NCBI GenBank assembly: GCA_040954595.2
Contig: CM082582.2
Span: 8,731,383-8,795,382 of the forward strand
DNA from: Balanoglossus misakiensis
Lineage: Eukaryota; Animalia; Hemichordata
Reading direction: 5' to 3'
Length of the DNA: 64,000 nucleotides
Below are positions 41,601-54,100 of the stretch, in pieces (position 1 is the first letter of the stretch; every line of letters starts with the position of its first letter). The position numbers were made by a program, and so were the translations under genes. A model generated the notes under the pieces. The model was not told the DNA's origin. It saw only the letters and a program-made list of their open reading frames with translations, and made no database searches.

Positions 41601-42065
41601 TGGCTCCACTGACAGTTCAACTTTGATCCGATTTCCGTTTCAGGTGACCAAAACCAAGACGATTATTCGTCGTTCAGCTGGCTGGCGTGGACAGGGACGA
41701 TCTTCGGTGTGATTGTGGCCTTCGTCGTGGTGCTCATTGTGGCGGTGATCGTGATCATCTGCTGTTGTTGTCGCAACGCCAACCAGCGTGCTCGACAGCA
41801 GCACCAACAACACCACCACCACCACTACAACAACAACATGAACGGCGGCGCCATGCACCAGCCCGGCTACGCGGTGCAGATCCAGCAGAACGGCGGGCGA
41901 CAGGGCGCCTACACCGCCGCCCCGGGCCCGCCACCGGTGTCCCGCTACGGACCTTCCCAAATAACGTCCGGCTACGCTTCCTCGGAGGACGGTTACTTCG
42001 GCAACAACTCGGTGACGTATCACGCGGGGCACCAGGCAGTCGTGGCGTTACCGCCAAAAGCGTAG
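32121..42065 (+). CDS. Type I membrane protein: signal peptide, one CUB, one LDL-receptor class A repeat, TM, Cys cluster, Q/H/G/P-rich tail (353 aa, 4 exons; MIG-13/NETO/LRP12-like architecture)
   Basis: Exons 32121-32238 (hydrophobic leader VFLAYFLLICQVCSVL), 35109-35513 (CUB: SHPGYGYYADNADC, VHLRFEYFDL, CYQDELVVYDG, LCG, STGNLLTIRFITD, RGFSLIY), 38978-39094 (LDLa: CFRCQDDSFCIDNSLKCDGLENCEDGSDE..C), 41644-42065 (TM IFGVIVAFVVVLIVAVIVII then CCCC). All introns phase 1, 1062 nt. AATAAA at ~43540. Confidence 0.88.
33527..33675 (+). repeat. (ATGT)n microsatellite, ~37 units
   Basis: Pure tetranucleotide run in intron 1 of the CUB gene. Confidence 0.97.
38586..38800 (+). repeat. Compound microsatellite (GTCT)n,(CT)n,(GAT/GGT)n,(CAC)n
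   Basis: Directly visible. Confidence 0.9.
39487..39540 (+). repeat. Perfect 27-bp tandem duplication
   Basis: CTCCGAAAACACTAAATGCAAATTAGA twice (39487-39513, 39514-39540). Confidence 0.9.
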
Positions 42066-44571
42066 CAGACGATCAGTTGTCTCAGAAGTAAAACGATAGA
42101 GGGAGATAAAAAAAAACTTTCATCGAACGAGGTGGCTGTATTTGAAATGAGAACCAGTCGTCAAGAATTGGGTTCGCCGCTACGTTTGCGTCGAATAATC
42201 ACACAAAATATCACCTGACTTTTTGATGACAGACTTTTCAAGTCGAGGAAGCGAAAATACAGTTTTCAACTTTTCACAGTGCACGTTTCGGCAAGAGCGG
42301 AATGAGGGTTCGCTATGCGCCAAAGAGGAAATGCACCACCCCGCTACCCGTGGACGACTCGAACAGCTGTCGGGTAAATTACAGTACAGTGGGGAACACG
42401 ATAGCAAATCTTCAAAGCGGAAGTGACGTTGGTGTCGTTCCGCTATATTTGTACAAAATGGCGACCAGAGCACCCGAGGATTCATGTTTTGTCGCGCGTG
42501 GGCCTTTAAGCATTTTACGACTATCCCGACCCCGACCATAAATGCTTGATAGCTAAAATTCAAAATGGCCGGCAATTTTTAGTCCCAAATTAAACTTTGT
42601 TGGTAGTTTCAGCACGAGCATTTACTTTGAAAGCACTGTCAAAATATTCACCATTTACAAAAAAGTAAATTTCGTGTAATGTGCATTCCTAGAAATACCC
42701 ATATTCACTGGCTACGTAGGCGAACACGTTCTCTTCTGTAGCGTTGTTCTAGTTTGGCAGAATGTTTAATTCGCCCAAGCGCTCGGTCTTGCCAGGCTCA
42801 GCGGACGGATGGGGTTATTTATGAAATAAATTAATCGATAAAGGTCAATGTAGAATAATGTATTTAGGACAATCTGAGATGAATTGAAGGGCCTTTATTA
42901 GAAACCATTACGGTGATTCAACTTCTATACTTTTACATGGAGTACAACTGAGACACAAAGTAGCTCAGTATTTTTCTATGATAATGTTATTTGTTTCCTC
43001 CAACAAGACGGCAAATATGGAAGCCTAACGGAACGATTCGTCACGACTTTAAAAAGCAAAGTTTATGGTAATTGATGTTTTTTTTTATATTCTAAATATC
43101 TTAGAGCTAATATATTGTGGAAATATCACCCTATGTCGCTCTTTTTTTCCTGAGCTGTTGTGAACTCTTGTTTTGTTTTCGAGCTGTCAACACTGTTTAT
43201 ATATTTATCGTTTTACAGTAACTGTGACGCCCTTCATATTTTAATCACTGGCTTTCTATATGTGTGTATAGCGTGTACATACACTATTTACCCGGCTCAC
43301 GTTGAGACCTGTATTGGCGGAGATTCGCCAACGAGTTTTGTACATTTTCTATGCAGATTTAAAAAAAAAACGGAACCGGAAACGACGCCATTTTAGTTAC
43401 CTATTATTTACAGTGTAACAGTTGTATGTAGTTGCCCGGATGTGAAGGGATTGACTGGGTGGTTGTGATGTCTTCTCTTCTCATTTACTGGACGTTGTAC
43501 AGATTTAATATTTTATATGGAGAGGGATTTTTAAAATCAAATAAATGTGATTTTAAACATTTTATGTGCGGGTGTCGTCTGTTTATGTAAAGATCCGACG
43601 GGTACAATTACTAACTTATATCTCAGATTCTTCGTCGCATTCGAGGTTCTCGCCTACGAACATTTTAACTAGGGCAATTTCTGAGTATGGCAACAAAAGT
43701 GTACAGCAAGATTGTCGTTGATGAGGGCCACATAGAGACCGTCACTGTCTCTGATTGCCTTCTGATCAAATTACCCATATTCATTTTTGTGAAGGCTATT
43801 CTGTTATTCCGGAAAATTTGCTCGGACTGGTCGTCAAACTGCGCATTTGATTTCCTCGCTGATATGTCTCCTGGCTCTGTCTTGTTGGGGATTGTACATG
43901 TAGTTGGAACGGCGGCTAGATTGCATCGCATGGTTGTCGCAGTCGCGACCCGGCTATGCCATATCGCATACTTCCCGTGTATATACATCGCGTAAAAATT
44001 CCACTGTTAACCGAATCAGGCTGCCCGTCACTGCAAGCTGTACTAAGTGCACCGCCCAAATCAAGCCCCGTCAAATGCTCCAGAATAGCATTGTCCGGCT
44101 CGCACGGGTCTCTGTGGAATTTCTTCAATTCAGTGTCTTAAAATAGCAGCTACAGCAACCGGCGCGTCGAGGTTTTCCCTCTCGGTGGCATTATGCAGGT
44201 GGCCCGCCTTAGAAGAAGCAATTAACGTGGCTAAATACAGCCCTTTCAGTCCGCGAGTGTTTGGCGTGACAAAGGGCCTTTTGGAAATGATAAAGCCGTG
44301 CCAATCACAAGTTTTACTGCTGTGTGTAAAAAGCCTCCCACGACACGTCAGTATAACATGCTCACACCGAAATACAAGTGAAAAAAAGTTTTCTGTCTGA
44401 AAGACAGTTCTTTCTTGATTTTTACAGTGACATGACAAAGGTTTGCATACAAGCACACTGGGTCACACTCTGTGGTATTGTTGTAAGCTTACAGTGGATA
44501 TAGACAGCAGCCTGTCCTACTCGGGCCAGCCTTGCAGATACCGATCTCTATTTTTCTCAGAAAAAAATTGT

Positions 44572-44697
<126 letters not shown>

Positions 44698-45182
44698 TTT
44701 GGACCAGAGTGTTAATCTTAATAGGACAAAGTCGCAACTCTTTTCCTGCAAAAGTTTGCGGGGTTCGCTGATGAAGGCGACAACGACAACAGAAGGCGAC
44801 GACACACTAGCTGCGTGCTTTTGTTTTCCCCTCAGCCCCAAGATAAACCTCGCGCACTCGAGATATTAATTTGCATTTACACACACTTGAATGCTCGAGT
44901 GCCGGCGATGACTGGTGCACGAGAGCGTGTTGGAGCACGGCTAGAAGATTTATCCGGACGAACTGGCAGTGAAGTGCACTTCAAAATTACGTTGTTTGTG
45001 CAAATATCTATTACAACGATCTCCAACCTGGGCAATTTGCTGCTTGATCCTTGCTTCGGGGAATCCGTCCCTCGTGATTAATTTGCAAAGAACGGGCTTG
45101 CTAATCAGCCACCAATTTGCTGAATAACACCTGCTATCCGGCTTTTTGTTTCCCAGCTCGCCATTGCTAGTGCGATAACAAT

Positions 45183-45190
45183 GAGAGAGA

Positions 45191-45256
<66 letters not shown>

Positions 45257-45257
45257 C
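45183..45257 (+). repeat. (GA)n/(GACA)n microsatellite
   Basis: Directly visible. Confidence 0.92.
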
Positions 45258-46145
45258 ACGATGTATTACATTAGAAAAGGCGATTAAAGCAAAGGTATGG
45301 CCACTACATATAGAGAAAAAACGGATAGACAAGGCAAGCAGGACACATCATTGCGTGACATTTCGTTGAATCAAAAGAAAGACATAGTGAACACAGTGTT
45401 CAGTGACAGCAGGAATTGCATGAATGACAGTGTCATCTTCCTGATAGCATGGACGGTGTCTAGTCTGGGCTGATAGAGAATACTTCACTGATTACACACA
45501 TTACAGAGAAGGTCAGACGTGCGACGCGGGCGCGCAACTCAGGGTCACCCCGTTTTAAGGTAGGTTTTTTTTTCATAATAAGTGGTATAGTCGTTTCCTC
45601 TCGATGTGTGGCGGGGGAAACACTTGAAATGATTGCCCACCACGATACCCGGAATGCTCTTGGACAGCTCTAACCACATTAAGGAAACTATTTCACTCTC
45701 TGGGTCCTGGTGACAACTGCATGCTGTACACTCTTTCCGCAGGTTATGGAAGTGACATTGTCGCTGTTGAATGTGCCCCTTCAGCGCACATGTCGTCTAC
45801 AACGATTGGCCAACGGTTGCAGTCACGAACTAGCTGCTAAGGAAACGGTCATGTCCTTGTTTACACAACCACTATGTTGCATGAAATGAATCGAGATTTT
45901 TAAATTTTACTTCTGATATTTTGGAAAAGTGATAATATTTTATGTCGAATTTTACAGCTGTAATTAAGGATCTATGTATACCTCTAACTTCTGGCTATTT
46001 TGGTATGGTTGTTTTAGTAACATCATTTCGTTGTTTCTGTTCAATTCCTTGGCTACTTAATGAGTATTTTACTCCAATTGGTGTCATTACTGGACATTTT
46101 TCAATGAATTACTAACTGTCACCGTGCTTGTTGGTGACTAACAAC

Positions 46146-46217
46146 GGGGATATAGCTCAGTGGTAGAGCATTCGACTGCAGATCGAGAGGTCCCTGGTTC
46201 GAACCCGGGTGTCCCCT
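46146..46217 (+). tRNA. tRNA-Cys(GCA): tRNA-Cys (anticodon GCA)
   Basis: Acceptor stem GGGGATA/TGTCCCC, A-box TAGCTCAGTGG, anticodon arm TTCGA-CTGCAGA-TCGAG, B-box GGTTCGAACCC, discriminator U; T-run terminator at ~46226-46230. Confidence 0.96.
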
Positions 46218-46614
46218 CCACGTTGTTTTTATGCGGCTCGAACGTAAAAAGATCATTTTGCAGTTTTATAGCGCCCTCTGTGTTCACACTTGGTGTTACT
46301 CAGGCATTGCTTCGATCGAATTCCTCCAAACTTGGGACCATGACAGAGTACTAAAATGTACATCTTCCAGTCTCTTTTTTTGGCCCGATTCAGTAAGGTC
46401 ACCGGGTAGCCTTAATGATTTTTCATGCCTGGAAGTATTACTCCGACATGCCTAAAGATAGATAATATAAAATGACTAACACATGCGATCAGTTTTTGTT
46501 ACCAAGTAACCAGATTGTCATGATTTTCCGTACATTACTTGGGCATTCTATTCGTATTTGTCATGCAGCGTTCGAATGTTAATTGAGTAAATTGCAGGTG
46601 TTCTCTCATCAGCC

Positions 46615-46697
46615 AGTGCGGTGGCCGAGCGGTTAAGGCGTTGGACTTAAGTTCCAATGGACACTAGTCCTCGTGGGTTCGAATCCCACCCGCACTA
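46615..46697 (+). tRNA. tRNA-Leu(TAA): tRNA-Leu (anticodon TAA), long variable arm
   Basis: Acceptor stem AGTGCGG/CCGCACT, A-box TGGCCGAGCGG, anticodon arm TTGGA-CTTAAGT-TCCAA, variable arm GGAC..GTCC, T arm GTGGG-TTCGAAT-CCCAC, discriminator A; TTTTT terminator just downstream. Confidence 0.95.
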
Positions 46698-46897
46698 ATA
46701 ATTTTTATTTTGGGAACGCGAATTACTGAAATCATAATGTAAACCGCACTCATGTCATTTAATTTATGAATAGATATTTAGGCGGCGATGATGTTCAGTT
46801 GATTATCCCATACTCTTTTGGATGTGGAATCGTTTGATGTTCCAATGTCTGGCAAACTACGCCAAAAAATAATCCGAAGGTTCAACAGTTTTGTATT

Positions 46898-46965
46898 ATG
46901 TAACTGTGTCATCGCTTTTGACGCGGGTCACATGTAACTGTGTCATCGATTTTGACGCGGGTCAC
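46898..46965 (+). repeat. 34-bp tandem duplication
   Basis: ATGTAACTGTGTCATCG(C/A)TTTTGACGCGGGTCAC at 46898 and 46932, one mismatch. Confidence 0.88.
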
Positions 46966-48408
46966 GTGGCCTGACTTGAGACGCGTCAAAGCAAAATTTT
47001 CGCTGTTGATTGGTTGGAGCCACCTGGACCATCTCCACTTGGAAATTTCCGTCTAGCCTTCCGTGCATTTTCATAAGAGAGTCAGACGGCCACGCTGCTG
47101 CACGTAGAATGCGAAGATAGGGAAAACTCTACCCCAAAACAGAGTTTTTCCGCTCGATAGTTTTCTGTGAAGTCCAGGTAAGTAAAGTAACAGAAGTAGA
47201 CACAGTTACTCAATTTATGACCAGAAACATGGGTTATTCTGTGGCGAGTTCCGGACAACTAAAAAGCCAGTCGTTTACACCACAGAATTGAAAATTTGAC
47301 GCGTCACCGTCAGACAGCTCGAGTCAGCGCTTCCCTGCGTTTTCATTCACAAATTCTACCCTTTCGGGTTACTCAACTTGAAATGTACGGTTTATCAAAT
47401 TAAGACAAGTCGGTGTTATAACTCTACTGGTGGGCGGCAGTTTTTTTACATAAAAAAAACAAGGTAGTTTGTTGGGAAAGGGGAAGGGGGCTATCATGAA
47501 TTGGTAGCGGGTTCGATGAACTGACAGCGGGTTCACGTGTAGTCAGCGTGTTTTCGAGTGTGAGCGTATGCAATTTTGTATTATACTACCAGACAATTGC
47601 AAAAATTTCCTTTGAAACGCTTCATTGGGAAGTTATTTTATGTGTTCGTGCAGACTTTGCCAAAAGAATTTTTTCTGAGTGTAAAATGTTCCGCTTGGCT
47701 GTAGGCCTAAACTTGAAAATATGTAAATGTACATAGTGCCATGCTGGCGTTTTAGGCTCCTTGTCTGTCAGCGAAGCCCTAAAACAAATTGTCGTCGTGT
47801 GTGATGTACAATATGCGAATGAACAACGGTATTTGGTTTTGTGTTCATGGATAGGCATTCAATTAGTTTCTTCCTGATTTTGCAGATCGACGGCCCTGAT
47901 GAACTGATGGTGTACATTCGGCGTGGATGCTATGATGTTGTACAAGCATGATGTCAAAGTAAGCGGTATCAGCCAAGTTTGTTTGGCAATTTTTTTAAGA
48001 ACTTTTAACGATTCTGACTGGTGCCGGTAGCCAGTTCAGCAAACCGATTTTGCACAAATCTGAAGAATGCAACAATGCGGATGCTATATGTGGATGTCAT
48101 TTCAACGTTCTAAAACCAACATGACTACATGCTCGGTGCATGGGTCCTTTTTGTTACGGCACCAACAAGTTCATCGACTTTGAATGCTTCGAAAGGTGCT
48201 CGTTGTTGTGAATGTGTGTGTGCATGGGTGTACGGTAAGTTGTACGGTATATTTGGGCCATGCAGCTAGACTACAATGAGGTGAGAGTTTGTATGTTCCA
48301 TGGCTGAATGAAGACTAGAGGATGAAGTTTCATAACAAGTAAGTTATATAGACATAAATAAAATCCCCGGTGCGGGTGGGTCCCATCCCTCAGACCGTCA
48401 GTTAATAC

Positions 48409-49152
48409 TTAATACAAGTTTTTTTTAGATATGTTATCTTTCGTCATTATTCAATAAAAATAAAATAAAAACATACACGCACTCATAATACTTGGAGTGG
48501 TTTATTTCCGTACCGATCATCTTCCCTCTCACGTACATAGTTAATACAGGTTTTTTAGATATGTTATCTTTCGTCATTATTCAATAAAAATAAAATAAAA
48601 ACATACACGCACTCATAATACTTGGAGTGGTTTATTTCCGTACCGATCATCTTCCCCTAGCGTATATAGTTAATACAGGTTTTTAGATATGTCATCTTTC
48701 GTCATTATTCAATAAAAAATATTAAAAACATACGTGTATTGATAAAACTGAGAGTGGTTTATTTCCGTACCGATCATCTTCCCCCTCACGTACATAGTTA
48801 ATACAGGTTTTTTAGATATGTTATCTTTCGTCATTATTCAATAAAAATAAAATAAAAACATACACGCACTCATAATACGTGGAGTGGTTTATTTCCGTAC
48901 CGATCATCTTCCCCTAGCGTATATAGTTAATACAGGTTTTTAGATATGTCATCTTTCGTCATTATTCAATAAAAAAGTATTAAAAACATACGTGTATTGA
49001 TAAAACTGAGAGTGGTTTATTTCCGTACCGATCATCTTCCCCCTCACGTACATAGTTAATACAGGTTTTTTAGATATGTTATCTTTCGTCATTTTTCAAT
49101 AAAAAATACTAAAAACATATATGTACTGATAAAACTGGAAGTGGTTTATTTT
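48409..49152 (+). repeat. AT-rich minisatellite, ~129-bp unit, ~5.8 copies
   Basis: TTAATACA(G/A)GTTTTT..AGATATG recurs at 48409, 48541, 48670, 48798, 48927, 49056; full units end in GTGGTTTATTTCCGTACCGATCATCTTCCC. Confidence 0.93.
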
Positions 49153-51115
49153 GTACACATCAGATGTTTTCTTTCGTTTTCCTGAATATTAGATACTCAC
49201 TTTATTTGCTTGTTTTGCAGATGCAGAGACCAGAGTATTTTCGCCATGCAGCGGTATAGCTGGGTGAGGTAAAGGCAGGTATGTTCCATGGCTGAACGAT
49301 CATGAATAGACATTCACTTTATCATTTCCTTGTTTTGCAGATCCAGAGACGAGATCAACTCATAATGGTATTCATCAACCAAGCTGGGGTCCAAGTGACT
49401 AGTTATTCTCGCCATGCAACAGTATGGCTGGGTGCGGTAAAGGGCAGTATGTTCAATGGCTGAACGAAGACCAGAGGGGCGTCAAGCAAGGTTTGATAAG
49501 CGATATATAGACAACAAAGCCCCTCTTTTCAAGGTGGCCATTTTGAAGATTTTTTTCGATTCAGACTGGTGCCGTTTCCCAGTCACGCGAAATGATTTTG
49601 CAAAAAACCTGCATGCAACCCGGTACTATGTGAGGATGCCAATTCAATGTTTCGACCTGACTTACATACTTTTAATTTATTCCAGGAATCCCACAGATGA
49701 TGCTAAGATGATTGCCAGCCTGTGTGATTGATGTCCAGAGATTACTGCATGGTCGTGGGAAGGTAAGGATTGTGGGAAAGAAAATTGAAGCAATGCCAGA
49801 GACGATACATGGCCAAATAGAGTGAAGTTCCAGACAGCCATACAGGTTTGCATGATTCTGCGAATGAACAACAATTGGCGTACAGGGGTGATCATGCTTT
49901 GTTTCATGCCCATGAATGTTAAAGACATTCATTAATTTTCTACATTGCTTGTTTTGCAGATGCACAGACCAGATGGGTATCCAGCAACCGATGTACTTAG
50001 AAATTTTACCTGAATAAAAATTGTATTTCAATGAATTTTTATCAACCTGTAGATGGTAATTTTTGTATTTATAGATATGTCAATATCCGGTGCTTTCACA
50101 AGTTGTGTTCCAGTATTTATGAATCTTGGCATGGATTTTCTTTCATATTGTATTTGTTTTTGGTTTCAAAACTTTGAAATTAAAATTTTCAATGAGCTAG
50201 ATTAAAATGAAGTACTTGTGTCTGTATCATTTTCTTTCCCCAACACTGTCTTGATGTTGAGATAATTGAAACTGGTAAGGTCAAAGGTCGGCCCGTTAAT
50301 TTGCAGCGAACTCTGTCGTCCCATTGAAAGTCGAAAAGCGTCAGATTTGCAACCATTATAGATATTGACACATTCAAAGAAAGTGAAAAGTCACAATTTT
50401 GGCAAACTAAATCTGTTCTCGTAATGGCCCTAGCAAATACCTTGGTCATTTCTTCCTACTGACGCTCAGGAAATTCAAAAGTAGGCGAAAGATCACCTGT
50501 TAACATGGATGCAAATTATGGAAGTTTGACCTGTTTCTAAATTTGCTAGAATGTTCAACTTTAAGTCAAAAATTGCCACAAATCCGAAGTCTGTACCCTT
50601 GCTGAGCTTTTCCAATTAAACATATCCATGTAAACTAAAGAAGCCGAGACAGGGCGAAAAAATTATCGAAATTTAATCCAATTTAGTTGATACTTGTAAG
50701 ATATACTCTGGTCGCCAAAACGAAACATGCAAATTGATTACTAAATTTGCATTCCGTGTCCTTCGAAGTTTAGATATAACAGTATGAACGCCACTTAAAA
50801 ATATTTGTTTTCCTGGCTTGATAGTTAATCATTTTCTTCACTCCCTCGAAATGCATCCAAGTGTCTGAGCTCCTAATCTTAATTAGTGATTTCAATAGGA
50901 AGCGAATGGAGGGGGGGGGGGGGGGGGTCAATTTGGGCGTGCGTCGCTGAGGACGCCATACTATTCATCACCACTGCAGCAGCAAGTTCAGTTTATTTCT
51001 GAAAGGGGTTCTCAAACAACATTTTCTCTGAATCGACATTCGCTGAGAAATCATTGACAAGCGATATATCTAAAATACAATTTTTCGAATTTTCAAAATT
51101 TCTTCATTTTTTCAT

Positions 51116-54100
51116 AAAAATCATGGGTTATAGCTCATGAAAATCATCCAAAAATGAGAATTTTTCGACTTTGCGGAATTTCAAAATTTGGCCGATTTTT
51201 GAAAAAATCATGGGTTATAGCTCATGAAAATCATCCAAAAATGAGAATTTTTCGACTTTGCGGAATTTCAAAATTTGGCCGATTTTTGAAAAAATCATGG
51301 GTTATAGCTCATGAAAATCATCCAAAAATGAGAATTTTTCGACTTTGCGGAATTTCAAAATTTGGCCGATTTTTGAAAAAATCATGGGTTATAGCTCATG
51401 AAAATCATCCAAAAATGAGAATTTTTCGACTTTGCGGCATTTCAAAATTTGGCCGATTTTTGAAAAAATCATGGGTTATAGCTCATGAAAATCATCCAAA
51501 AATGAGAATTTTTCGACTTTGCGGAATTTCAAAATTTGGCCGATTTTTGAAAAAATCATGGGTTATAGCTCATGAAAATCATCCAAAAATGAGAATTTTT
51601 CGACTTTGCGGAATTTCAAAATTTGGCCGATTTTTGAAAAAATCATGGGTTATAGCTCATGAAAATCATCCAAAAATGAGAATTTTTCGACTTTGCGGAA
51701 TTTCAAAATTTGGCCGATTTTTGAAAAAATCATGGGTTATAGCTCATGAAAATCATCCAAAAATGAGAATTTTTCGACTTTGCGGAATTTCAAAATTTGG
51801 CCGATTTTTGAAAAAATCATGGGTTATAGCTCATGAAAATCATCCAAAAATCAGAATTTTTCGACTTTGCGGAATTTCAAAATTTGGCCGATTTTTGAAA
51901 AAATCATGGGTTATAGCTCATGAAAATCATCCAAAAATGAGAATTTTTCGACTTTGCGGAATTTCAAAATTTGGCCGATTTTTGAAAAAATCATGGGTTA
52001 TAGCTCATGAAAATCATCCAAAACTGAGAATTTTTCGACTTTGCGGAATTTCAAAATTTGGCCGATTTTTGAAAAAATCATGGGTTATAGCTCATGAAAA
52101 TCATCCAAAAATGAGAATTTTTCGACTTTGCGGAATTTCAAAATTTGGCCGATTTTTGAAAAAATCATGGGTTATAGCTCATGAAAATCATCCAAAACTG
52201 AGAATTTTTCGACTTTGCGGAATTTCAAAATTTGGCCGATTTTTGAAAAAATCATGGGTTATAGCTCATGAAAATCATCCAAAAATGAGAATTTTTCGAC
52301 TTTGCGGAATTTCAAAATTTGGCCGATTTTTGAAAAAATCATGGGTTATAGCTCATGAAAATCATCCAAAACTGAGAATTTTTCGACTTTGCGGAATTTC
52401 AAAATTTGGCCGATTTTTGAAAAAATCATGGGTTATAGCTCATGAAAATCATCCAAAAATGAGAATTTTTCGACTTTGCGGAATTTCAAAATTTGGCCGA
52501 TTTTTGAAAAAATCATGGGTTATAGCTCATGAAAATCATCCAAAAATGAGAATTTTTCGACTTTGCGGAATTTCAAAATTTGGCCGATTTTTGAAAAAAT
52601 CATGGGTTATAGCTCATGAAAATCATCCAAAATGCGAATTTTTCGACTTTGCGGAATTTCAAAATTTGGCCGATTTTTGAAAAAATCATGGGTTATAGCT
52701 CATGAAAATCATCCAAAAATGCGAATTTTTCGACTTTGCGGAATTTCAAAATTTGGCCGATTTTTGAAAAAATCATGGGTTATAGCTCATGAAAATCATC
52801 CAAAAATGCGAATTTTTCGACTTTGCGGAATTTCAAAATTTGGCCGATTTTTGAAAAAATCATGGGTTACAGCTCATGAAAATCATCCAAAAATGAGAAT
52901 TTTTCGACTTTTCGGAATTTAAAAATTTGGCCGATTTTTGAAAAAATCATGGGTTACAGCTCATGAAAATCATCCAAAAATTAGAATTTTTCGACTATTC
53001 GGAATTTCAAAATTTGGCCGATTTTTGAAAAAATCATGGGTTATAGCTCATGAAAATCATCCAAAAATGAGAATTTTTCGACTTTGCGGAATTTCAAAAT
53101 TTGGCCGATTTTTGAAAAAATCATGGGTTATAGCTCATGAAAATCATCCAAAAATGAGAATTTTTCGACTTTGCGGAATTTCAAAATTTGGCCGATTTTT
53201 GAAAAAATCATGGGTTATAGCTCATGAAAATCATCCAAAAATGAGAATTTTTCGACTTTGCGGAATTTCAAAATTTGGCCGATTTTTGAAAAAATCATGG
53301 GTTATAGCTCATGAAAATCATCCAAAAATGAGAATTTTTCGACTTTGCGGAATTTCAAAATTTGGCCGATTTTTGAAAAAATCATGGGTTATAGCTCATG
53401 AAAATCATCCAAAAATGAGAATTTTTCGACTTTGCGGAATTTCAAAATTTGGCCGATTTTTGAAAAAATCATGGGTTATAGCTCATGAAAATCATCCAAA
53501 AATGAGAATTTTTCGACTTTGCGGAATTTCAAAATTTGGCCGATTTTTGAAAAAATCATGGGTTATAGCTCATGAAAATCATCCAAAAATGAGAATTTTT
53601 CGACTTTGCGGAATTTCAAAATTTGGCCGATTTTTGAAAAAATCATGGGTTATAGCTCATGAAAATCATCCAAAAATGAGAATTTTTCGACTTTGCGGAA
53701 TTTCAAAATTTGGCCGATTTTTGAAAAAATCATGGGTTATAGCTCATGAAAATCATCCAAAACTGAGAATTTTTCGACTTTGCGGAATTTCAAAATTTGG
53801 CCGATTTTTGAAAAAATCATGGGTTATAGCTCATGAAAATCATCCAAAAATGAGAATTTTTCGACTTTGCGGAATTTCAAAATTTGGCCGATTTTTGAAA
53901 AAATCATGGGTTATAGCTCATGAAAATCATCCAAAACTGAGAATTTTTCGACTTTGCGGAATTTCAAAATTTGGCCGATTTTTGAAAAAATCATGGGTTA
54001 TAGCTCATGAAAATCATCCAAAACTGAGAATTTTTCGACTTTGCGGAATTTCAAAATTTGGCCGATTTTTGAAAAAATCATGGGTTATAGCTCATGAAAA

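Noticed and set aside
41640-42091. Alternative-frame and antisense ORFs over the last CUB-gene exon
   Set aside because: Shadows of a GC-rich coding exon; only the TM-containing frame fits the splice phase.
43665-44456. Several 70-108 aa ORFs on both strands after the CUB gene
   Set aside because: No recognisable motifs and no convincing splice chain.
51163-51179. CENP-B box-like TTTCGACTTTGCGGAAT in the satellite unit
   Set aside because: Spacing is one base short and the required A and CGGG of nTTCGnnnnAnnCGGGn are not matched.
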